Positions 29,301 to 39,456 of a DNA stretch of 64,000 nt are shown here, piece after piece. The position numbers and the translations under genes are program-made. Positions within the stretch are counted from its first letter, which is position 1. Each line of letters starts with the position of its first letter. The stretch is from Azolla caroliniana (taxonomy: Eukaryota > Plantae > Polypodiophyta): the NCBI GenBank assembly GCA_043228905.1, contig JBHGNT010000002.1:4278001-4342000 (forward strand). Reading direction: 5' to 3'. The notes beneath the pieces were generated by a model. It saw only the letters and a program-made list of their open reading frames with translations, did no database searches and was not told the DNA's origin.

Positions 29301-32300
29301 ATTATAAATGTGACTTCTTATTTTTATTTTTTCTTTGCCTGTTGCTAGACAGTTTGAGGCATATTATATTCTAATATGCAATAGAACCTCAGTCTTTGCT
29401 TCACATATTGTTATGAACTGAGTACCAGCTAATGATGATCTTGCACTTCTTTAACAAGGTTCTGAAGAGTTGAAGATCGCATTCGGTTTTCAATGCATTT
29501 TTTATGTGATCTTACCTTTGTCCTTTCCTTCCTTATTTTTCTCCCTCTTCTCTTTGTTGATTGCTGCTTTGTTTTCACATATTTTGTGATGCTAGGGACG
29601 TATCTCTAGGTATGCTCCCAGATCAGGACACGCTATTTCCTGTTTTTTTTCTTACTTGTTTTCGCCTCTTTTGCTTTTTATAGGTTTTGTTGATTCCTTT
29701 TCATATTTGACTGTATGTACAGACTTGGAGCAGCAAAGTAAAATGTGTCTGTATGGTGGATGCATAAGTGGGGAATGCAAATCATAGATGTGATAAGACA
29801 TTACCCTAATTTTCTGTCTTTGGGACTTGGCCATCCTTCTGTTGCATTGGATGTTTGATGTTTTAAGGATGGTTCTCATCTTGTCAATGCAGATAGGATG
29901 CCTGTGATATTGGGAAGCAAGAAAGCTATAGAAGAGTGGTTGAATCCTGATAATTCTTTGCCTTCGCTTCGGAGTCTTATGCAGCCCTATGATCTGGAAG
30001 ATTTGGTAGGTTTATCTTGATGCATTTGGCACTTTAAATGCACTAGTGATTGCTAAGTCATTGGCAACATTGATAACATATATGATATGATGACCAGGTA
30101 TGGTATGCTGTCAATCCAGCAATTGGCAAGGTGTCATTTGATGGACCTGAATGCATAAAACAGGCAAGCAATTTTGAATATTTATTTCCACACATTGGAT
30201 CCTCTTTCCTAGAATTAAGACATGAAGGGAAAATGCCATATTTGGATAGAAACTAAATATTTATCATAATTCTCAAACTTATAATTTGTTCATATGAAAT
30301 TTTTCCATATATTCTATTTGTGGAAGTCTTGTTTAGGGTAATCACTAGTTTTCTTTTGGGGATTCTTGTATCATGAGAGTGAAAGAGAGATCCATAGGAA
30401 ACTGAATAAGATCCATGGAGACGACCATAGGAAACTGAATAAGATCCATTGGACTCTTATATCATGAGATATTTATTTGATAGACCTGAATGCATAAAAC
30501 AGGGAACAATTTTGAATATTTATTTCCACACACATTGGACCCTCTTTCCTAGAATTTAGACACGAACGGAAAATGCCTTATTTGGATAGAAACTAAATAT
30601 TTTATCATAATCCTCAACCTTATTTTTCATTACTTCCTATGAGATATTTCCGTATTCTAATTGTGGGGAAGACTTGTTCAGGTAATCATTAGTTTTTTGG
30701 GGGGGATTCTTGTATCATGAGAGAGGTAGATGTATCATTAACGACCACAGGAGACTGAATAAGATCCATGGGACTCTTTTATCATGAGATATTTATTTGA
30801 TGGACCTGAATGCATATAATAGGCAAGCAACTTTGTATATTTATTTCCACATCCATTGGACCTTTCCTAGAATTAAAACACGAAGAGAAATGCCTTACTT
30901 AGATAGAAACTAAATTTTTTATCCCAATCCTCAACCTTATTTGATTAGTTCCTATGAAACATTTCCGAATTCTATTGTGGAAGACTTGTTTAGGGTAATA
31001 ACTAGTTTTCTTTTGCGGATTCTTGTATCACAAGATTGACAGAGAGATACATGTATCATTAATGGCCACAGGAGACTGAATAGTGCTGAACCCATGGGGA
31101 GGATCAAACTTGTAGCCACGGTTTAAAACCACCAATCCAATAACTAGATGTATAGACATTATTATCATTCTCGGGTGTCAATTCTGACTTACAGAATCAA
31201 AGCAAAACATTTTTCCATGGTATGTGTGGAGTTAATTAGTGACTCTCAAGAAATTTCCTAATGAATACTGTGATTGATTGATTGTTTAAATTATGATGGT
31301 AAAGAAATTTGCATGGATAGATGGGCTCATATTGACAATGTGGGTAAAGCAAATTTGAAGGTAATTGTGGTGCATTGTAGTAGAGTATGACACTTAAGAC
31401 CCGGAAACTTGTTTGGGACGGAATATGCAAAGATGATGAATCCTTGGCTTGTGCCCCAGTGACACACATCTCAAATCAAAGAGAGTGTGAGCCAACTCAA
31501 ATGGAACCAATGACATGGATGGTAGACGAGGGATAGGCTTTAATGTATGTGGGTGATGGTGGTTTGCCTGTTTGGGGAAGATGGTTTTGTAGTTTGGTGC
31601 AATGTATGGAATATAATGCGTGAAACATGAGCCTATATTTATCTCTGAAGTTGTGATACATTAGCATTCCGAAGAAGCATCTTTCAGTGAGGAATCTGTT
31701 GAGCATCATGAAGGAAGTGTAATGCATCCATCTTCAATTATTCATACTTTGAATCCTTCTGTAACTTGAAGTTTTGTTTTTGTCTTTCGTTTGGAATTTA
31801 AATTTGCACAGGTGAAGCTTGTGACTGAAACCAAAAACTCTATATTGACATTATTCCAAAAGCAACGATGTACAGGTCAGCATGATGATGCAAGTGTGGA
31901 ATCCAAAAACTCTGCTCACAAGTTAGTATCAAAGATTTCAGATGAACCACCATTGAATGGGCTGAAGCTTCCACATGGATCTTTTCTACATGATGATACA
32001 GAGATAAAGGCGTTTCTTGGCAGTACTCACCCAGATGAAGATCCTCTTCTATACAAATCTGGAAATGATGTAGAGAAGGTATTCGAAATGAAGGAAGACC
32101 ACCAGTCTATAAAGTATGACAGTATTTCTAATGGAAAGGAAAAGAAGGGAGATGTAACTGATGAGAAAGGTATAAAAAGAGAAAACTCTCCAGACGAATG
32201 TATAAAGGTTGAAAATGATCCCAGTGTTGGAAAGGGTTTAAAGTCTCCAAAGAAGGAAGACATAACTGATGGGAAAGGTATAAAAAGAGAATACTCTCCT

Positions 32301-32594
32301 GACCAGCGTATACCTGCTGAAAACAGTTCTAGTGCTGGAAAATGTATAAAGTCTCCAATGAAGAAATACACAACTGATGAGAATGGTATAAAACTAGAAT
32401 GCTCTTTAAAGGATGGAAAAATTTCTAGTCTTGGATGGGATAGAAGGGGTATAAAGTCTTTGAATAAGGAAGATATAAACGACGATGGGAAAGGTATGAA
32501 AAGAAAACACTCTCCGGATGAGAAATCAAAAAGAGCATCTATGGCTGCTGGAGAAAAACAAATGTCGCTATTGAACTTCTTCGGAAAACATTAG
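20349..32594 (+). CDS. HMCES: SRAP-domain abasic-site processing protein (HMCES/YedK family); exons 20349-20440, 23982-24138, 26793-26878, 27188-27300, 27475-27540, 29893-30005, 30098-30163, 31812-32594; 491 aa
   Basis: MCGR start (catalytic Cys2), then SYNVSPG, MKWGLVPSF, FNARSES, GFYEW (catalytic Glu), FTILTT, WLHDRMPVIL (catalytic His) and WYAV..GKVSFDGPECI. Splice phases are consistent and sum to 1476 nt. The last intron uses a GC donor. C-terminal PIP box QMSLLNFF. Confidence 0.93.
21100..23600 (-). mobile_element. Degenerate LINE (L1-like) reverse-transcriptase relic in HMCES intron 1
   Basis: Broken minus-strand frames such as 'LEDDFTEDETKLVLIILQL' resemble the region preceding LINE RT motif 0 and are followed by decayed RT-like segments with many stops. 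Boundaries approximate. Confidence 0.5.
24877..26675. mobile_element. Non-autonomous hAT-like DNA transposon (outer) in HMCES intron 2
   Basis: Perfect 8-bp TSD ATGGTTAG (24869-24876 / 26676-26683), imperfect TIRs TAAGGTTGTTAGGTAC / GTACGTAAACAACCATG, and subterminal TACGTA/AATACG motif arrays. Confidence 0.8.
25630..26605. mobile_element. Second non-autonomous hAT-like element nested inside the first; internal AT-rich ~135-165 bp tandem units x5
   Basis: 11-bp TIRs CATAGATTGAC / GTCAATCTATG, 8-bp TSD GTATGTAC / GTACGTAC (7/8), and subterminal CGAAT/ATTCG motifs. The unit aatattattagt.tgagg.ccc.ttttaatgt recurs at ~25779, 25912, 26071, 26225 and 26391. Confidence 0.8.
28661..28958. repeat. 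Intronic tandem repeat, 130 bp x ~2.3
   Basis: atgc[c/t]cagagaaca... recurs at 28672, 28802 and 28932. Confidence 0.9.
30136..31083. repeat. Tandem triplication (~320-340 bp) starting in HMCES exon 7 and running into intron 7
   Basis: atttgat[g/a]gacctgaatgcata... starts at 30136, 30475 and 30795, each followed by the same intron sequence. Confidence 0.9.
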
Positions 32595-33299
32595 GTATAT
32601 TATAGTCTATCACCTCCACTGATGAGAAGATGAAGTTATTGGTGATAGAGAACCATGAAAGCCAAAATTTCTTAGAAAATAAGTTCAGGGATATTTCAGG
32701 CCTTTTTTGTTGTATAAATCATCTGTGTATGGATAATTGCATTTCTTAGAAAATGCTTGCTTAGCTTCCTTGGGGACGCAGTATATATGTGGTATTGGTG
32801 GTTAGGTTTTGATTCTCGGGATATAAAAGTCGTGTAAATATGGATATAGGCACTGCCTATCCGTCTTTTTTGATGCCGTATAACCTGTCTATCAATGGAT
32901 AAAAAACCATTAAGAATTGTTTAGAGGAGCTCCATGTTGTGTATGATGTGTAAGAGTGACGTTTTTAACATAATGGACAGTTGCTATGGTTTTGCTAATT
33001 TTTTCATTTGACTTCCATAAATTGTCATATGCAAAATTTAGTGAAGCAAATGCTCGAGTAAATGCATTGGCACATAGTTAAAAATTATGCAGTATACCCC
33101 ATGATGGACACTTGCTATGGTTTCCCCAACTTTTCCAGCTAAACTCTATATGTTCCCCTAATATCTATGCATTGTTATTCATTTTGTAAAGCTAAATAAA
33201 ACACTTGTCTAAGTGGTTTGGCTGTGTTCTGTATTATGTTAAGAGATTGTAGTGCGAAATTTCTAGGGTTGAAAAGGTACAATTGCAGGATATTGTCAT

Positions 33300-33730
33300 T
33301 CTAATGTGAAATCAGAAAAGAGTCGGAAAGTGGGTTTGCAGGGCTACCTCAAGAGGATTGATGAACATCTATGACTGGTTGTTGAACTTACTTTTGGGGG
33401 ATTCTTTGTGGAGTTGCTTAGGTACTGTCATCCAATGCTTAACATAAATCACATAAATTGCATTTGAGCAAGTTCGATATGAATGTGGCAAATCTTCCCA
33501 TTGCATTGGCATTCTTGATTGCTGTTTTGCATAAGAAACTTTATGTGGAAAGTGATGATAGGGGTTCTACCCTTTGAAGTGGGTACTTGTTGGCGGCACT
33601 CGGTTATAAAAGGTAGTGGTCACATTGATAGCAATGCCTTGTTCCAAGGTGCATGTATGTGTGGCAGAGTATGCATTGATATCAAGGTTGCTTGTATTTT
33701 AGGTCCCATATTGGGCAAAATAAACTACTA
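33300..33730 (+). mobile_element. Possible LINE 3' fragment (zf-RVT-like)
   Basis: Peptide FMWKVMIGVLP resembles the FxWK/RxxxxxLP motif after LINE RT; heavily degenerate. Confidence 0.3.
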
Positions 33731-35276
33731 GATGCATTGGCATTGCGTGGAAACCAAAATTTTACTCATTAGGGTCAACAATCTAGTTCCTCCTAGATCA
33801 ATGAATATTGATGCTTAAACAACATGATGGTTCCCCATTGGCCATCATTGCATCACATGCACAATCCTCTTATCAAAGAAAATTGGAACATTTGCCAAAT
33901 GTGCATTTCAATATTCTATCACACAACTTTTGCCAATTGCCAAAACCCCTTTAACTTATTCAACACAATCTAGCACAATTAGGTTGTGTTCAACCATTGT
34001 CCAATTACATGATGTAAGGCTCACTTTGGTGTAAAAACAAACAAACCTTGAACTTGGTCCCACCATTAGAATAACAACCAAAGAATAGTCTAGTGGATCA
34101 TGAAAGTGAAATTTTGTTGTCACAATGTAAAAAGTTGGAAAGTAAATTAATGATATTGTGCATAGAGTCTCTAAGACCATAGACCATACCAAGAGCATAG
34201 GATAGACTCAAGATAAACAAAATCCAATCTCTAAACCCAAGCTATGCCATTTTGTTCTCTTACTCTTCCTTTTTTTTTTCTCTTAAGAAAAGAAAGAGAA
34301 GGAAGAAGTGAGAAGAAATGGAGATTGTTAGTTTGGTACACCCATGTGGTATGTTGCTTTTGAGAAGTGATATATGATAAAACAAAGACACGTGGAAGTG
34401 ATAGATATTGTTAAGGTTGATACACCCATGTGACATGTAATTTTGAAGATATTGAGATACTTTGCAACAAAGAGGTGCATCAACATTGGGACTGTCCACC
34501 AAATCATTATTTGTACTTGGATTGTCATGATAGAAAGCTTGTGTTTGAACTATTAATTCATAAACCATCTTACAAGTGTGTAATCCTCCCATTGTAATGT
34601 GAGGGATAAACTAAAGGAAGGTGGAGATGATATCAAGTCAATGGGATGACATCAATCAGAAGGTGGGTACATGACCTAAAACTTACTCCCACAAAGAAAT
34701 CCGAGATTAGGAGGAAACGCGAAACATGTGTGGCATAAAAAACATACCTCATAATACTCCTATATGATTAGAAACAATCTTAAGAATCCTTGTATGTTAC
34801 CTATTGGCACATAAAATAGGGACACTATTTAACCAAGATTGACATTCAAGGCAATAATGATTTGCTATGGCATCAAACTAACATTTATGAGAGAAAAATA
34901 AATATTTCTTTTTTCCAAGCGGAAGCTACTTTTCCATTAGTTAGCAGACATTATTATAAAAAGACGATACACGGTGGATTATACATGAATCAGGGAATCA
35001 CTCTCCGATCAAGTTCAAGAAAATGAGACTACGTACATAGCCTTTCAAACTGGTTACTTAATGTAAGTAAGTGCCATTCAACACCGACTAGTATGAGCCA
35101 ACTCTTGTGGCCTATAGCGAAGGGAGGGTGGGAGGTGATGTTAAGAGTCTATTACTAATCAATAGAACATTTACAAAAGTAAAAGAAGGAAAATAGATTG
35201 AGTACTAGAACATTTACTAAAGTAAAAGAAGGAAAATAGATTCGATAGAAGAACCCATTCCACCCAACTAGCAATG

Positions 35277-35781
35277 GGCACGGTTTTCGGCTCAAACCGA
35301 ACCAAACCGTTAAGCCATGGTTTAATGGTTTATTGGTTCTAAAAAAATTTAATGGTTTGGTTTGGTTTGGATTCTTGATAAACGGTTCGGTTCTAAAACT
35401 CGGGTTTATAGGTTTGGTTTAAAGGTTTATTGGTTTTTGGTTAACTTTTATTTTTATACCTTAATAGTTTATTGATGTAATGGTTTAATTATTAATGTTT
35501 TTTATTGATTTAATAAATTTAACTTAAATGCTTATTTAATTTAATGTATTTTTGTTCCTTTAGATGTTTAACTAGTTTGACTTAAGTGGTTAGGTTTAAA
35601 TTTTTTATTAAATGGTTCGGTTTGGTTTCAACTTTTCCCTAAACGGTTTGGTTTTAACTTTTTCTTAAATGGTTTGGTTTAAATACTGAGAGTTCATAAA
35701 TGGTTTGGTTTGATTTTGTTTTAAATAAACGGTTTGGTTTCTTTGCCTTGAAACCGAACTGAACCGAAACCGAACCGTGCC
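35277..35781. mobile_element. MITE with AACCG/CGGTT subterminal arrays; right end damaged. A related fragment lies at ~24630-24725
   Basis: Inverted termini GGCACGGTT (35277) / AACCGTGCC (35781), many (A)AACCG/GGTTT units and an AT-rich core. No TSD recovered. Confidence 0.65.
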
Positions 35782-36138
35782 TTAACATTAGTGAACATTA
35801 GTGAAAACGGTTTGGTTTCTTTGCCTTAACATTAGTGAACATACCTGTCATGATATGGCAAGACTCGAACCCATGACCTTATACTACATGGGTCGAGCTC
35901 TTGACCATTAGACTATACATTGTAATACATAGAATATTATTTTCATTTATGTTTTATTATAGAAAATTGATGTATATTCCAGATTTCTCTGGAACATTCT
36001 AGAAACTTCAGGAGTATTCCTTAGAACACTATAAAAGGAGGCACAAGGCATTATTTCGAACCAAATCGGTTCAACGCTAGTCTTAAGCCTCCTAGCTACT
36101 GTACATTTTCTTCACATAATATATATCTTTTCTTATCA

Positions 36139-36188
<50 letters not shown>

Positions 36189-36360
36189 TCACTCACTCTT
36201 TCCTTCTCTCGAGAGTTCTTCACCTCTCTTAGTACTAGTACTTCTTTTAGTACTAATTCCTTCTCTGTCTCAGTACTGTTCCTGACAGTTTGAACCGATT
36301 TGCCTACCTTCTGTCTCTCTCATTTCCTACTAATCTCTTATTCCTCTTTTCTTTCATCCC

Positions 36361-39300
36361 ATGGCCACTGTTAGCGCTAAAGAATATCAATCAGTTTTCT
36401 CGGAATTTCAATGCTTGAAAGATAAGTTCCATGCTTTGGAACAAGAAAACCAACGGTTGCTGGGGGATCTTGTTATGTACACATAACGTTGGTGAGGGTA
36501 GGTCACTAATATTTACATTAGTGAAGGGTATGTTCACTATTATTAAAAAGGGGACTAATGATTGGATAGAATGAATGATATGTGCATGCACTATCATGAT
36601 TTAGACAACCAATGAATAGAGAGCCTTTTAGAAAGGCACATCTATTCAAGGGGCCTAGGAAAAGGTATAAATATGAGGCTTAGCTACCCTCATAGGAAGG
36701 ACGTCGGAAGGCTGCTGTCGTAGACACCGGTGGTGCGGGCTAGGCTTTCGTCTCGACGATCGTGTTTATCTCTTCCAAGGTATTAGTCATCCTAATATCC
36801 GGCGGTATGGGACGTCGGTGGTAGGTTGGCTATGTCTAGATCATAGCACGGGGGTGGTCGGGTGGAACGGGTTCTTCTATCCAATCTATTTTCTTCCTTT
36901 TTACTTGATTTGGTCTATTGATTAGTAATAGACTCTTAACAGTGGTATCAGAGCTTTTACTAACAATTTTTTTGTTATTTTGATGTTTTTTGCGTGTGAG
37001 CGAGGGGGATCTAACAAGGCTCGTCATGCTCTTCTCAGGATCAAAACAACACTCTAAACCCGGTATTCTTCTTTTTTGATCTCTTCTCTTTTTCTATTAT
37101 GCGTTCTTTATGGTCGAATCAAATTGGTATTACGTTTTATTCTCTTTCTTTCTACCTCCTACTACGCTACGATTTTACTTATTATTATGCATCGGGCCGA
37201 GCGTGTTTGCACTAATCACACACGCTCAACTCATGGCCTTTTGCATATTGCGATATATATCCCACTCTCTCCTCTCTTGAACTCTTACGATAATAATTAT
37301 TCTTGTGCATTGGGTCGAGCGTGTTTGCTCTAATCGCACACGCTTATCTCATGGCCGTTTTGCATATGATGTTGAGTATACCACTCTTCCCCTCTATTGA
37401 GCCATCACTTGGCCGATTCTAAGGGATGATGTGGCCTTGACGAGGTGTATGTTGCCTACCTATGCCACTCTACTCTCTATTAAGCCATCAATTGGCCGAT
37501 TCTATGGGATGTTGTGGCCTTGACAAGGTATATGTAGCTTACATATGCCACTTTCCTTTTTAATTAGCCATCAATTGGCCGATTCTAAGGGATGATGTGG
37601 CCTTGACGAGGTATATGTCACTTACCTATGCCACTTTCCTCTTTAATTAGCCATTACTTGGCCGATTCTAGGGATATGTGGTGGTCTTGAGGAGGTGCAT
37701 GTCAACTACCCTAGGGTTTCGTATCTTAGGGCATGTTTGATTCCATACACCTAATTGTTGATTATTCTAATTAAATTTTAATTTCATAAGTATTGTTTCA
37801 CTTATATGATTTTCTAGTAATTATTATTTACCCGCCCACAATTAACTCTCCTTTTTCCACTTCCTTTTCGTGTATAAAGTATTTACATCGTTTACTTTTG
37901 ATGTAACCTTTACGTGTAGACTATTTTTTTCGTATGGAGTGGCTTGTTGAACGATTTTTTTTTCAACGGGTCATCTAGGTTTAACTCTTATCATCAAGCC
38001 TTAGAAAACGAGTAAAACCATATGAGTTCCCTTATTGATGTTTTACTCATGGATTTGAGTATTACATCTTTGCGCACAACACCGTCATCACTTGTATAAA
38101 TTTGTGGCTTATGTCACAATTGTGCAAGTTATAACAATCATATTGGGATGTATATGTGCATACCTTGCACTTCCCATTTATTTGTGACATTGTTTTTTTT
38201 CGTAGGTAACACATGGGTTCTTTTTTTTATTTTTATTTTTACCCTTGTTTTCGTCACTACTTAACTCTTATGAGTAGTGCCTTATTTTATCATTTTATCA
38301 TCACGTTTACTTAGCTCGGGGGTGGTCGGGTGGAACGGGTTCTTCTATCCAATCTATTTTCTTCCTTTTAACTTGATTTGGTCTATTGATTAGTAATAGA
38401 CTCTTAACAGATCTTTAGCAAATCTCCTTAGAAAAGCAGCAAACGCAACAACAACATGGGGAACTTGCGTTACGCGTGCAACAACTCGAAGCAACCATCG
38501 TAGCGATGCAACAACAAGGGCCCGGAACACAAGGGATTCATAAAGAACCCAAGATTGGCCTTCCCATGAAGTTCGATGGAACGCGATCGCAGTTTAGAGG
38601 GTTCCTTAACTAGGTATGATTAGTTATTCAAATGCATCCTTCCCGGTATCCCACCGATGCATCATGAGTGGGTTTAGTAGGCACTTTGTTAAGTGGCTCA
38701 ACGTTGGCATGGTTCACTCCACTATTAGAAAAGGAATCCCCGTTACTCAACAATTTTGAAGAGTTTCTAGGTGAGTTTAAAGCATGTTTCGGAGATACTG
38801 ACAGCATCAGGACCGCAATCAACAAAATTCGGCGATTACGCCAAGGTGACCGTCCAGCCTCCGCATATGCTGCAGATTTTCGCCTACTCGCCGCCGATAT
38901 CCCTTGGGATGATCAAGCGTTGATGGAGCAATTCCGTTATGGTTTACGCAACGCCATCAAGGATTTACTCTTGACCTTCCCCGAAGAGCCAAAGTCCTTA
39001 ACAGAAGCAATCAGTCGCGCGGTGAGATGTGACAACCGCCTCTTTGAGCGACGTTCAGAATGACAACTACAAATGCCGAGGGCAAGATCAGAGCCCACCT
39101 ACGCCTCAGTGGTAGCAAGACCTTTTCCGAGGGAGTCATATAATGCGCCTCCAGCGAATACTCCGACTCCGATGGAGATTGACACTACACGTCGTCGAGG
39201 GCCATTATCCGAAGAAGAAAAGCAGCGACGCCGTACAAATCGACTATGTCTTTACTGCGGTGGACCAGGACATATTGCAATAAATTGCCCCCATAGGCCA

Positions 39301-39456
39301 AGAAGACAGGTAAACCAAATAGTCGCTAGTTCTAATTGTACTAAACCCGAGCCTATTTCAGTAGGGATATTTGATAGTCCTAATAGTACTAATAGCCCAG
39401 ATCTAGCAAACAGATTTGATTTCCTTAGTCAGTTAGAAGAAGAGTTAAACGACTAA
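36361..39456 (+). pseudogene. Element A gag (PEG10/sushi-like capsid + CCHC knuckle), interrupted by insertion C1 and several stops
   Basis: MATVSAKEYQ..LLGD| insertion |..[40 protein letters not shown]; collinear with the open gag of element B. Confidence 0.9.
36471..38409 (+). mobile_element. Element C1: internally deleted gypsy derivative (5' LTR 36471-36941, tRNA-Met PBS, leader with ~83-bp tandem repeats, last ~98 bp of 3' LTR) inserted in gag of A
   Basis: TSD GATCT (36466-36470 / 38410-38414), TGTTA...TAACA termini and PBS TGGTATCAGAGC at 36943-36954. 38312-38409 repeats the LTR end. The tandem unit recurs at ~37381, 37465, 37547 and 37631. Confidence 0.9.

Noticed and set aside
30131-30132. 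Canonical GT donor (AAG|GTGTCA) for HMCES exon 7
   Set aside because: It would delete the family-conserved SFDGPECI segment; the GC donor at 30164 fits better, but needs RNA-seq confirmation.
31085-31155. Possible tRNA-derived SINE head on the minus strand
   Set aside because: B box (AAGTTTGATCC) and A box too degenerate; no TSD or tail found.
37381-37720. Regular repeats resembling a CRISPR array (also the 27-bp units in G LTRs)
   Set aside because: Contiguous tandem repeats without unique spacers, inside eukaryotic LTR elements; no cas genes.
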